From a virus (lineage: Duplodnaviria > Caudoviricetes), in IMG/VR virus record IMGVR_UViG_3300030410_000060, positions 1 through 52,799 of that record: a stretch of 52,799 bases of DNA; one strand, 5' to 3'. The notes beneath the pieces were generated by a model. It saw only the letters and a list, made by a program, of their open reading frames with translations, did not search any database and was not told the origin of the DNA. Below, one piece after another: positions 8,611 through 17,891 of the stretch. Within the stretch, counting starts at the first letter, position 1. The number at the start of each line of letters is the position of its first letter. The position numbers and the translations under genes were made by a program.

Positions 8611-10734
8611 TTAAGATGACGCTAATAAAGTCACAAGAAAGCCTTTTGTGGCTGCCAATTTGTTTTGAACAGATAAGACACCTGTCGAACCAACATAAGT
8701 TACGTTGACAGTTGCCGCGTTGTTTATCGTGGTTGTGAATCCTCCAGAGGGATCGCTTACTTTGACAATACCGCCATTGCCGGAAATGAAAAATAACCCA
8801 GCAAAAGCATCAGTGGTGTCGGTAACCATAATTATCCCCCCAATGAAAGTAGGAAAGGTCCACGTTGCGGTTACGTTTGTAGCAATAATAGTAGAAGTTG
8901 CTGTGTTTCTAATCATAACAGCAGGGTTATTTGTTCCCGCCCCGGCTGATACTACTGAGCCACCAGAAATTAAAATGTCGCTTCCAGTAGTTACTTTTCC
9001 CGTAAAGGTAGAGTTCTGAGCAGTATCAATCGTCATTGCAGTAGCAGCATTAGTTCTGAAATTAAGTGCGCCAGATAGGTAGCTGATTTGAGCAGAAGAG
9101 TTAAAGTTATCACCCAGCTTTATAGAAGCATCTTTCCCATTTCCATTTGATGCGAATATAGCTAACGTGTTGCTTCCTACCGTTGTGCCAGCAAGAGTAG
9201 AATTGTACACATCAAACGGCGCTGTTGGTGCGCGCCCAATCCCGACGTTTCCAGAACTATCGATCGTCATCCTGGCTTGACCATTGTTATTTACAAATGT
9301 GAGAGGCGTCGTGGTGTCGTTTCCAGCGATACCAAATGAAAAGGCTGTGCCAGGTCGATAGTAAATCCCAGCAGTACCATTTGCAGCAGCAGGGCCTACG
9401 TTGAGCTGAATATCTGCGAAACCCGTCGCACTCGTATTATTGACGTGGTACTCGACATAGCCACCGGCAGAAGAGCCTGTAACTCCCGAAGTGCTACCTA
9501 AAGTAGCAACGCCTGTTACAGCAAGTGTGCCACCGATACCCACACTACCGCCGAAGTAAGACTGGGTACTGCCGCTTGTATAAATAGCATAGTTGGTAGT
9601 AGCCGCTGTGAGCTGACTAACATATACACCATACTGAGAGCCAATACTTGAACCAGTATTCTTAAATGCGTCGTTTATTTGGAAATGTTCGAGTGTAGAA
9701 AGAGCAAGAGCTGCTACAGTGCTTGGTGAAGACCTGAAACTTTCATAATCGGTGGCTGAAGAAGCTGCGGTTCCAGCGTTGCCGATACCAATTTGGGTAG
9801 AAGAACCACTCGTTGCAACATTGTTCTGAATACCCCAATTAGAAGGAACTGATGAACTACCTGTGGCAAGTGCCCCACCGAAAGCCGCATTACCGCTTCC
9901 ATCTATAGAACTGGAATTTGGAAAGTTGGTTGCAGCAAGAGAGGTCAAACCTGCGACATTAAGAGTTGAACCAAATACAGCAGCACCTGTTGCTCCAAAT
10001 GTTCCTGTAATGTCAAGCTTACGAACGGCAGTCATGCCGATCCCGACGTTTCCAGTGAGTGTCGAAGTGCCTGTTACTCCAAGAGTTCCGCCAAAAAGAG
10101 CATTACCGCTTCCATCAATCGACGAGCTACCTGGAAAACTTGTCACTCCCGTCAAGGTGAGGGTAGCTATGGTGGGAGCCGTGTTCATAACGAACGTAGA
10201 ACCTGTACCCGTCTGTGAGGCGATAGCAGTAGCGTTACCTACAGAGGTGATAGGCCCTGTAAGATTAGCGTTAGTCGTAACAGTAGAAGCGTTTCCGGCA
10301 GTGGCGGCGTTTAGGTTGGCTACTTGAGTGGTAGAGGTCACCGTAAAGGGGGCGGTGCCGGTCGCTATCGTAGAGATAAACCTTGTAGCGGTCGCCGTAC
10401 CGCCCAGGGTGAGGTTACCGAAAGTGTCTATAGCTGAGCTACCTGGGAAAGACGTCGCCCCTGTCATGTTGGCGTTAAGGAGTGTAGGACCATTTGAGAG
10501 GACTAGGTTGGTAGTCCCGGTAGAAGTCGTCGTACCTGTCCCGCCATTCACTACGGGTAACGCTAAGCCTGAATAGGACAAGGTTAGGGTCCCTGAAGTC
10601 GTGACAGGGCTGCCCGACACGGTGAGGAAGGCAGGAGCTGAAAGCCCTACGGAGGTAACCGTACCAGTTCCTCCGCCTGTGCCTGTGCCGCCGCTGCTTA
10701 TTGCCGAGGGTGCGTATCTTATGTAAAGACTCAT
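8611..10734 (-). CDS. Tail fibre protein 1
   Basis: Shares shaft modules with fibre 2; GNVGIG and RMTIDSSGNVGIG repeats; three FPxSSxIDxxGN repeats. Confidence 0.85.
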   Translation of the reverse strand: MSLYIRYAPSAISSGGTGTGGGTGTVTSVGLSAPAFLTVSGSPVTTSGTLTLSYSGLALPVVNGGTGTTTSTGTTNLVLSNGPTLLNANMTGATSFPGSSAIDTFGNLTLGGTATATRFISTIATGTAPFTVTSTTQVANLNAATAGNASTVTTNANLTGPITSVGNATAIASQTGTGSTFVMNTAPTIATLTLTGVTSFPGSSSIDGSGNALFGGTLGVTGTSTLTGNVGIGMTAVRKLDITGTFGATGAAVFGSTLNVAGLTSLAATNFPNSSSIDGSGNAAFGGALATGSSSVPSNWGIQNNVATSGSSTQIGIGNAGTAASSATDYESFRSSPSTVAALALSTLEHFQINDAFKNTGSSIGSQYGVYVSQLTAATTNYAIYTSGSTQSYFGGSVGIGGTLAVTGVATLGSTSGVTGSSAGGYVEYHVNNTSATGFADIQLNVGPAAANGTAGIYYRPGTAFSFGIAGNDTTTPLTFVNNNGQARMTIDSSGNVGIGRAPTAPFDVYNSTLAGTTVGSNTLAIFASNGNGKDASIKLGDNFNSSAQISYLSGALNFRTNAATAMTIDTAQNSTFTGKVTTGSDILISGGSVVSAGAGTNNPAVMIRNTATSTIIATNVTATWTFPTFIGGIIMVTDTTDAFAGLFFISGNGGIVKVSDPSGGFTTTINNAATVNVTYVGSTGVLSVQNKLAATKGFLVTLLASS

Positions 10735-10736
10735 GG

Positions 10737-11144
10737 TTAGAGCCCCTTAGCTGTTAGAACAGCGTTGAGAGACCCTGTACCGCTTGTTTTCGTATAGACG
10801 GCCCTAATCCAAGGAGCGGAGAGGAGCGCTAGGTCTAGATAGATAGGGCTACCGACTGAGGTCGGGACAGTCGTCGAGGTAACGAAGGCAGTACCGTTCC
10901 AATAGCTCAGGAGGAGAGGTACCCAGTTACCGGGGTTAGAGACGGTGTTAGTGGTATTGTCTCTAGCGAAGTCGGCAGAGACCTGGATTTGGAAGTTACC
11001 GACGGGTACCCCTGTCCAAGTAAATTGAATGCCTACGTCGTCTAAGTACTGGATACAAGAAACTTTTGAGGTAAGGGAGGCTAAACTCATGTCACCGTTA
11101 ACAATGCTGGGGAAGCTTAAGATATTATTTTTACGGTCTGACAT
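10737..11144 (-). CDS. Fibre-associated adaptor-like virion protein
   Basis: Paralog of 8203-8568; immediately precedes fibre 1; AGGAG RBS. Confidence 0.75.
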   Translation of the reverse strand: MSDRKNNILSFPSIVNGDMSLASLTSKVSCIQYLDDVGIQFTWTGVPVGNFQIQVSADFARDNTTNTVSNPGNWVPLLLSYWNGTAFVTSTTVPTSVGSPIYLDLALLSAPWIRAVYTKTSGTGSLNAVLTAKGL

Positions 11145-11185
11145 CGGGTATCTCCTGTTAGGACTATGAGCTTTTGGCCCTGAAC

Positions 11186-11209
11186 CTTACTAAGTGTAAA
11201 ACTATCCAC
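11186..11209 (-). promoter_or_regulatory. Putative late promoter motif, copy 1
   Basis: Minus strand GTGGATAGTTTTACACTTAGTAAG upstream of fibre operon. Confidence 0.65.
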
Positions 11210-11216
11210 GATAGCT

Positions 11217-14200
11217 TTAGACCTTATCGGTCCTCTCCTCTCGAGATTGACCTAAGGTACGGGATTGTTTAGCTAAACCCCCTAAACTCTTAGTGCTAGA
11301 CTTATTGCCGCTAGCAGGCATTTGAGGCGTCTGAGGCTGTCCTTGAGGAGCCTGAGGCTGGGCTCCCATGATACCGGAGGGGGTCATAGTGCTGTCTAAA
11401 GGCTGTCCTAAGAACATAGATAGCTGTAATCTTGTGGTGTAAGGCAATGGTCGACCCTTATTGACGTGTTCTGTCATCTCAGAGGTGAGCTGCTTACAAA
11501 GGTGTTGATAAGCGTCTGGATTAGTGGCGTTTAAGTGCTTAACGTCCTCAGGAGTAAGAGTGCCCTTCGTAATACTATGTAGTACGGTGAGGGGCTGATT
11601 AGCTATGTCTAACGCCCTATTAAACTGGGCTTGTGCACCGGGTTCGGGAGGGAGCTTAGAGTCAAAGGCTAAGCCTCCTGCTGGTTTTGGGCGTAGGTTG
11701 TTTAAATAGGTCGCTGCGCTCCCTGCCGCAGTCCCTAGGGCGGTGGCGTGATCGGGGAGGTAATGACCTATGTTGCCGCCAATGCCGGCGATCTTCGAGG
11801 GGTCGGATTGAATAGCTTTTAGCTGGGCGTCTAGCTTGCTTCGTTTCGCGGGGTCTGGCATGAGTTTTGCGGGTAGTACTTTATCCCCGGCGCTAAACAC
11901 TGCGCCTACGACTTTTTTAGTCAAAGCAGCGCCTTGAGCGGCATGGTTTATATAGTCTACGGTCGCTTTAAAGGCTGCTGAATTGATAGGCTTATTAGAG
12001 CCCATAAACTTAAGGAGCCCTAAACGGACCGCGTCTGGGGCCTCTTTACCGAGTACCTTAACGCCTCCGGCCACTAACGCCGAGGTGAGGGGGTCATGTC
12101 CAGAAAGAGACGAGGCAATACCTAAAACTGACCCTGGGAGATCTTGGAGGAGGGAGTCTATCACTCGAGCGCTATTAGAAAAGTTATGGTTAGGGTCTTT
12201 AAGTTTGTTTAGGACTTCGCTTAAAGCCCCTAGCTTAGTGGTAGACTCGGGAGTCATTGCAAAGCTTCTGATTTCGGGACTAAGGCCCTGTACACCGGAT
12301 AGGAGTTTACCGGGATTAATTAGCTGCCCCTCCTTCGCTTGTTTAGCGGCACCGCTCAAGACGGTGTCTAAATGATATTGCTTTACTAGCTCAGCGGTTT
12401 TAGGAAAGCTCTTTTGCAATACTTCCAATATGTTAGCGTCTCCCTTGCCATTTAAGTTATTAACAATGCGCTCGCCGTCGGTACCGGCCATTTCTCTTAA
12501 ACTCTTGGCATACCCTGCGGTACTGCCTTTAGTTCTTAGGCGTGAGTCTAAAGACTCTCTTAACTCAGATTGTTTAGCGTAAGCTTGGCGTACTTCTCCG
12601 TACTTACTTAATACCTCGGCCCCCTCGTTAGAGCCGATGTGGTTACCGATAATGCGGGCCTCCTCGTTCCTTAGTTCTTGTTTCACTAAGCTCCCGGCCC
12701 TCATTAGGGACTTATTAAGGGGGTCGCTTTGCATATTATCGCCGACACTCTTAATATAATCACTTAACTGATTTAAAGTCCTGAGGTTAGGGAGTTCTTT
12801 CTGCGCCTTGGTGACAGCTTTCATGATATCGGAGGAAGGCGATACCGTCCACCCTTGGTCCTCAGCGAGTTTAGCAAGTCTTTGATTGAGGATATCTGAG
12901 GTGCCTGGAGCTTTCCCCTTCATTTGAATAGCTTTTAGTGCGGTTTGGGCGTCTTGTACCTTAGCGGCGGCTTCGATAGCGCCTTCTACGTCTCCCTGGG
13001 ACTGAGCCTTAGCGGCAGCTTTCGAGAGTTTATTGAGGTTCTGGGTAGCTTTCTCTAGCTCAGCGTTCATAGGCTCGAGCTTAGATGAGATACTAGGGGC
13101 TAGGTCTGCTCCTCTATACTTACTTTTAAAGCCTTCATACGCTTCTGAGAGGGGCGTAGTTTGTTCTCCGAATTCGTCGGCTAATTGATTACCGATCTTT
13201 TTACCATACTCTGACTTAGCGATACCGTTAGCGAGTCCTGCCACTTCGTCAGCAGACCGCCCTAAGGTGGACACCATGACGTCTCCCACCGTTTGGTGGA
13301 AGTCGGAGAGCGCGGTCTGAAACTTAAGGCCTGCACGTGTGGTGTCTGACTGCGATAAGGTCCTAAAGGCTTGTACGACTTGAGGGTCTTTAGATAAACC
13401 TGCCCTAATTTCGGGCGACATCGTAATGCCTGCTTTGTCTAGTAGCTCGTCGACTGCATCTCTGACAGGCTCGCCTTCAATACCGCCCGCCTTATCGGCT
13501 AAAGCTCTTAGGAATTGACCTGTCTTAGAGCCTGATACCGCCTCCCAGAGGGGGCTTACGACTCCTACGCCTACACCGGTGAGGGTACCTCCTACGCCTC
13601 CGCCTATGAGGCCTGCAAGACCGATATGGGTCGCTACGTTAGCCGTAGAGGCGCTCGGGTCTTGTATCACCTTCGCTAGTTCCTCTCCGCCTTGGAACAC
13701 CATGTTTTCGATAGCGCCCCTTACGGTGGCGGAGCCAATCTTAGAAACGAGGCTAGCGGCTTCCGCAGCCTCAGGAACAAGGCTACCCGCTTTAGCCAAT
13801 AGAGCAGCCTCACCGGTACCGGTAAACATACCCACCGCCAAGCCTCCCGCCTCGGACAATCCTGCTGTCCAAGGGTTAGCCTTCTGTCTTGCTTCAATAT
13901 CATGCCCAGTCGTAAGACCGCTGCCAATCTCTAAAGCTGAGGTGAGGGGCCTACTGATCAGGCCAGATACTCCGCCCTCTATACCGGTGAGGAGCTGCTG
14001 CCCTGCACCCGAGTGGGTATGTACGTCTATATCGTCTGGGGTCGCATACTTATAGCCGTTATTAAAAGCAGTGTGTGCTTCCTCCGCCGGGATATCCCCT
14101 AGCTTACCTTCTGGATTAAAGGCGGGGACTGTTGTACCCTTAGGGAAAGCGTATTGCCCGCTCGAGATAGCCTCATGTACATCCGAATGAGGGACGGTCC

Positions 14201-14396
14201 CTAATACCGGGTGTTCGCCTGATATGTCATATACAGGCACTGTCGAGGGGGCAGGGGCCTCAGGAGACGCTACAGGCGTAGGGTCTACAGGCGCAGCGGC
14301 TACGGGAGCTGCGACGTCTCCGCCCTCTGCGTAGGCGGCGGGAGCAGGTGTCCCCCCGGTGAGAGGTACCTTTTTGTCGTTCTTATTGTCAATCAT
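11217..14396 (-). CDS. Large internal virion / ejection protein
   Basis: 1059 aa, A/G-rich helical, hydrophobic GLAGLIGGGVGG segment, last of three large genes after the tail nozzle gene. Confidence 0.7.
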   Translation of the reverse strand: MIDNKNDKKVPLTGGTPAPAAYAEGGDVAAPVAAAPVDPTPVASPEAPAPSTVPVYDISGEHPVLGTVPHSDVHEAISSGQYAFPKGTTVPAFNPEGKLGDIPAEEAHTAFNNGYKYATPDDIDVHTHSGAGQQLLTGIEGGVSGLISRPLTSALEIGSGLTTGHDIEARQKANPWTAGLSEAGGLAVGMFTGTGEAALLAKAGSLVPEAAEAASLVSKIGSATVRGAIENMVFQGGEELAKVIQDPSASTANVATHIGLAGLIGGGVGGTLTGVGVGVVSPLWEAVSGSKTGQFLRALADKAGGIEGEPVRDAVDELLDKAGITMSPEIRAGLSKDPQVVQAFRTLSQSDTTRAGLKFQTALSDFHQTVGDVMVSTLGRSADEVAGLANGIAKSEYGKKIGNQLADEFGEQTTPLSEAYEGFKSKYRGADLAPSISSKLEPMNAELEKATQNLNKLSKAAAKAQSQGDVEGAIEAAAKVQDAQTALKAIQMKGKAPGTSDILNQRLAKLAEDQGWTVSPSSDIMKAVTKAQKELPNLRTLNQLSDYIKSVGDNMQSDPLNKSLMRAGSLVKQELRNEEARIIGNHIGSNEGAEVLSKYGEVRQAYAKQSELRESLDSRLRTKGSTAGYAKSLREMAGTDGERIVNNLNGKGDANILEVLQKSFPKTAELVKQYHLDTVLSGAAKQAKEGQLINPGKLLSGVQGLSPEIRSFAMTPESTTKLGALSEVLNKLKDPNHNFSNSARVIDSLLQDLPGSVLGIASSLSGHDPLTSALVAGGVKVLGKEAPDAVRLGLLKFMGSNKPINSAAFKATVDYINHAAQGAALTKKVVGAVFSAGDKVLPAKLMPDPAKRSKLDAQLKAIQSDPSKIAGIGGNIGHYLPDHATALGTAAGSAATYLNNLRPKPAGGLAFDSKLPPEPGAQAQFNRALDIANQPLTVLHSITKGTLTPEDVKHLNATNPDAYQHLCKQLTSEMTEHVNKGRPLPYTTRLQLSMFLGQPLDSTMTPSGIMGAQPQAPQGQPQTPQMPASGNKSSTKSLGGLAKQSRTLGQSREERTDKV

Positions 14397-14401
14397 GGGG
14401 C

Positions 14402-16237
14402 CTACCTTGGTTTAAAAGAAACTTTAGGGCGCTGGGTTTGTTCTGGGGCACTGCCGGCGAAAGGGCGGATACCGTAGTTGGACTTAAGGGTACCTAAGGT
14501 AGCTTTGTTACTATTAACTAGCTCCTCGAGCTTAGGGACGTTAGTATAGTCATTAAAAAATGATGTAGGGTCTTTAACGATACGATCTAAAAGGGGCTGC
14601 TCCCCTGCTTTGTACACCGTACCCAGCATTCCCTCTCGGTAGAGGGCTTGTATTGCTAGAACTTTTTCTTGCCCTGGGCCTACGACTTTCGGGTTAAAAG
14701 ACCCTGTGTTAGACTTAACAAAGTTTAAAAGGTCTTTCGCTCGCTCGTCTAATTGGTTTTGGGCAGTGATTTTACCGCGTATGTCACTGGGGATTGGGAC
14801 TTGTCCTACCCCTACGCTTGGTACGTATCTTGCTTCGTACTCTTTCGCTAAGTCAGGGGCCACCATGCGGGCGCGTTGGAGGGCTGCTTGTACATCCCCC
14901 TCTTTCGATTGAGGGCTGTTCATAGTGGTCATAGCGCCCACTTTAGCCATAAGCATACCGTTAGTCTTTTCGATCTCACCTATGTGCTGTAAAGCCATAG
15001 ACTGGGCGAGGGCTCCGCCGTTTGACGCTGCTGCCTGTTCGATCTTAGACTTGAGCATGTCGTTCATGTTAATGCGGGTAAACTCTTTGGCCGCTTGTAA
15101 GTTACCGAATTGTTTAAAGTTAGCAGATAAGAGGTTTTCTTTCTTACCTAGTTCGGACTGTTGTGCGTGGATATTTCGATCTATCTGAGAGTTTAAAAAC
15201 TTCATGGCGGGGTTTTCTTGGCCCGTAAGACCTCCGCCGATACCGCCTAGGATGAGGCCAATGCCGGTTGCGATCTTGCCGCCTGTACCCATATCGTTTA
15301 GGTATTGATTAGGGTCAATATGCCCCTCTTGGATGTCGTGCATGATGCCTTGGCGCTCAGCTTCGAGCTTGTTCATGTTATCTTGGTCGTGGGCAGTGGC
15401 TTCATTTCGAGCGGCTTCATTGGCGAGTAGGGCACCGTTAGCAGCCTCGGCGGTCTTCTGCTGGGCGTTAGCGGCTCCCCTGATACCTGAGATCTCATCT
15501 TTAATGCCTTTAGCCATGCCGAGGTAGTCGTCTGCACCGGTAGGGGAGGCAGAAGGCTGGGCTGCGTAGGGATTGGTGTAGGCAGGCACTTGGTCCTGGG
15601 CTGGGGTACGAGCGGCCTCGGGAGCTGGTGTAGCGGCTGGGGGCATTGGGGCGCCTTCTCGAGCCGCTAGCGTGGGTATCATAGCGTCTTGAGCGGCTTT
15701 ATTGGCTTTGGTGGCGGCTTCATGCTTCGCTGCTCGCTCTTGAGCATTCTTGTCGCTCGCCATTTGCTCGTCTGTCTGTTTAGCAACTTGTTCGGGGGTA
15801 AATGGCTTACCGTTAATGTCGGTGGCGCTAGCGATTTGCTTAGAGTATTGGTCTTTCGCCATAGCTTCGTCATTAGCTTGTGGGATACCGGCAGTGGGGT
15901 CTTGTGTAGGGTCTTGAGAGGGGACATGAGACGCGCCGCCCTCAGGAGGGAGGTTAGGATTAGTTTGATCTAAGGTAGGGTCCGATTGAGAGACGTCGTC
16001 TGTCCCATAAGCGTAAAGCTTTGGGGGAGCGGTCGGGGTCTCTTTCATTCGGTGATTAACTTCTCCGCCCTTAGCCATTTTAGTTTTCACCAAGTCTTGC
16101 AGTTCACTACGCATCTTAGGAGATAAACTATTGTGCTTTACTATTACTTGATGGCCGTCGGAGTGTTCGAAGGTCGAAGTGTTCTTATCCGATTTAATCG
16201 GGGTCATTTTATGAAGGGAGAGGAATAGTTTAGACAT
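14402..16237 (-). CDS. Internal virion / ejection protein
   Basis: P/Q/A-rich N-half, GIGLILGGIGGGL segment, position. Confidence 0.65.
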   Translation of the reverse strand: MSKLFLSLHKMTPIKSDKNTSTFEHSDGHQVIVKHNSLSPKMRSELQDLVKTKMAKGGEVNHRMKETPTAPPKLYAYGTDDVSQSDPTLDQTNPNLPPEGGASHVPSQDPTQDPTAGIPQANDEAMAKDQYSKQIASATDINGKPFTPEQVAKQTDEQMASDKNAQERAAKHEAATKANKAAQDAMIPTLAAREGAPMPPAATPAPEAARTPAQDQVPAYTNPYAAQPSASPTGADDYLGMAKGIKDEISGIRGAANAQQKTAEAANGALLANEAARNEATAHDQDNMNKLEAERQGIMHDIQEGHIDPNQYLNDMGTGGKIATGIGLILGGIGGGLTGQENPAMKFLNSQIDRNIHAQQSELGKKENLLSANFKQFGNLQAAKEFTRINMNDMLKSKIEQAAASNGGALAQSMALQHIGEIEKTNGMLMAKVGAMTTMNSPQSKEGDVQAALQRARMVAPDLAKEYEARYVPSVGVGQVPIPSDIRGKITAQNQLDERAKDLLNFVKSNTGSFNPKVVGPGQEKVLAIQALYREGMLGTVYKAGEQPLLDRIVKDPTSFFNDYTNVPKLEELVNSNKATLGTLKSNYGIRPFAGSAPEQTQRPKVSFKPR

Positions 16238-17499
16238 TACTTCATACCCTTACGAGCAAGGATGGCCGATACAAAAGCGTGGGCTGCTTTAGCTGGGTCC
16301 TTAGATTGAGTGACACTGCGGGGGAGGACAATACCGCCCTGTTGAAGGGTCTTAGGGACGGTGTCATTAGCGTAGGAGTTTTTAGCTCCTGATACTTTAG
16401 GCTTTCCTGGGATAGTCTCACCGGCTGAGATAGGGGACTTCTTACCTTGTGCCACTTCGTTAACAGCCTGGGGTGGGAGATACTTTTCTCCTGGGGAGAC
16501 GAGCGCTTGGACGGGTCCGCCTTCGGCCATAAGTCCAAAGCTTTTATTCTGAGCCATATGAGCGCCGCCATGGAGATAGCGCCCTGCTGAGGACTTCCCT
16601 TGGTATCCGCCCGGGGCAGGGGGCGTTACGCCTCCGTTTTGGATAATGCCGCCCGTAGCGGCCATAGCGGCCATAGCGCCTATAGAGCCTAGGTCTGTCG
16701 CTCCCACGGTACTTGCGGTAGTACCTAGTTCTCCGCCTGCTACAGCGTTACTCGAGCCTTCGGGCGCCATACCGTTAAATATTTCTTTTGGGTCTGGGAT
16801 ACCGGCAGCTTTTCCGCCCATAGAGCCTATAGAGCCCATAAATCCTGATACGCCGTTAAGAAGTCCGCCCACGCCTGCTGCATTTGTACCGGCTGCTTTG
16901 GAGTTGATATCATTGATATTAGTTTGTACGCCTGCGTTAACCTGATTTTGACCTTGTGCGGCTCCGTACATCTGACCCTGATTAGCTAAACTATTTTGAT
17001 TTATGTGCTGTAATGCCTGCTGCTGTTGTCCGACCTGTTGTCCTGCGATACCGCCCATTTGATTTAGGGCACCTAACGACTGCTGAGCTTGTAGGGTGGC
17101 TCCCTGTCCCACGGCCTGCTGCTGAGTGTTAGCGCCTTGCATAGCGGCTTGGCGAGCGAGGAGGCCCGTGTTAGCGCCTGAGCCCCTTTGAGAGGCCATA
17201 AGAGCAGCTTGGTTAGCGACGTTTTGCCCTGTCGACTGATTGAGCATAGCTTGCGCTGGGTTAGGCCCTGTGCCGTTGGCGACCCCTTGCATCTGATTAA
17301 ACACGGCTGATTGATTGGCGATACCGCCTTGGCCTTGTAATGAGGCTAGGAAAGCCTGCTGCTGGGCTAATGCCCCTTGATTCTGTTGGTGAGCGGCATC
17401 TAACTGCTGTTGGTTTACAGGCGTCACTAGGTTAGAGGGGGCAGAGGGAGCGAAAGCGCCACCCTTGTTAATACCTAACATATTGCCAATGAAACTCAT
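16237..17499 (-). CDS. Internal virion / ejection (pilot-like) protein
   Basis: Q/G/A-rich, NDTVPKTL..GGIVLPRSVT C-terminal motif, position. Confidence 0.65.
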   Translation of the reverse strand: MSFIGNMLGINKGGAFAPSAPSNLVTPVNQQQLDAAHQQNQGALAQQQAFLASLQGQGGIANQSAVFNQMQGVANGTGPNPAQAMLNQSTGQNVANQAALMASQRGSGANTGLLARQAAMQGANTQQQAVGQGATLQAQQSLGALNQMGGIAGQQVGQQQQALQHINQNSLANQGQMYGAAQGQNQVNAGVQTNINDINSKAAGTNAAGVGGLLNGVSGFMGSIGSMGGKAAGIPDPKEIFNGMAPEGSSNAVAGGELGTTASTVGATDLGSIGAMAAMAATGGIIQNGGVTPPAPGGYQGKSSAGRYLHGGAHMAQNKSFGLMAEGGPVQALVSPGEKYLPPQAVNEVAQGKKSPISAGETIPGKPKVSGAKNSYANDTVPKTLQQGGIVLPRSVTQSKDPAKAAHAFVSAILARKGMK

Positions 17500-17891
17500 T
17501 TTAAACCTTTCAAAGGGAGTACTAGGGTAGTAAAGGAAGTCGCTGTCATTCCAAATCGCTTGGCCCTACTAAGTGTAAAAGCGTCCACGGTAAAGCCCAT
17601 TAGCTGCCTGAGACCTAGCTTTTTTCCCTGCTCTATTAAGCTTTTAAATAGTAAATTCATGGCGTTATCTCTTTCCTCAGCAGGAGCCGTGGGGTCTGTG
17701 ATAAAGCTATCTAAAATACCGTGTCCGCCCTCGCACTGGCGTAGAAACCCTGCCGCCACTAGGTTCTTATCATTTATGATAACATAGCCTAGCTTAGGGA
17801 GGTCTTGGATGAGGCCGGTATCTAACCCCCTCACCTCTAGCCAAGAGCAGAGGACACCGCTGTATTGTCTTGTATAGAGTTCGGCTCGCAT
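17496..17891 (-). CDS. GNAT-fold-like tail-region protein
   Basis: LVAAGFL..LDSFITDP..RDNAMNLL..AKRFGM; sits between nozzle and ejection genes as in many podoviruses. Confidence 0.6.
   Translation of the reverse strand: MRAELYTRQYSGVLCSWLEVRGLDTGLIQDLPKLGYVIINDKNLVAAGFLRQCEGGHGILDSFITDPTAPAEERDNAMNLLFKSLIEQGKKLGLRQLMGFTVDAFTLSRAKRFGMTATSFTTLVLPLKGLK
17565..17588 (-). promoter_or_regulatory. Putative late promoter motif, copy 2 (within GNAT gene, upstream of ejection genes)
   Basis: Minus strand GTGGACGCTTTTACACTTAGTAGG. Confidence 0.55.

Noticed and set aside
6202-10734. Diversity-generating retroelement or invertase-driven fibre switching
   Set aside because: No reverse transcriptase or site-specific recombinase; repeats are direct, and differences are synonymous rather than adenine-specific
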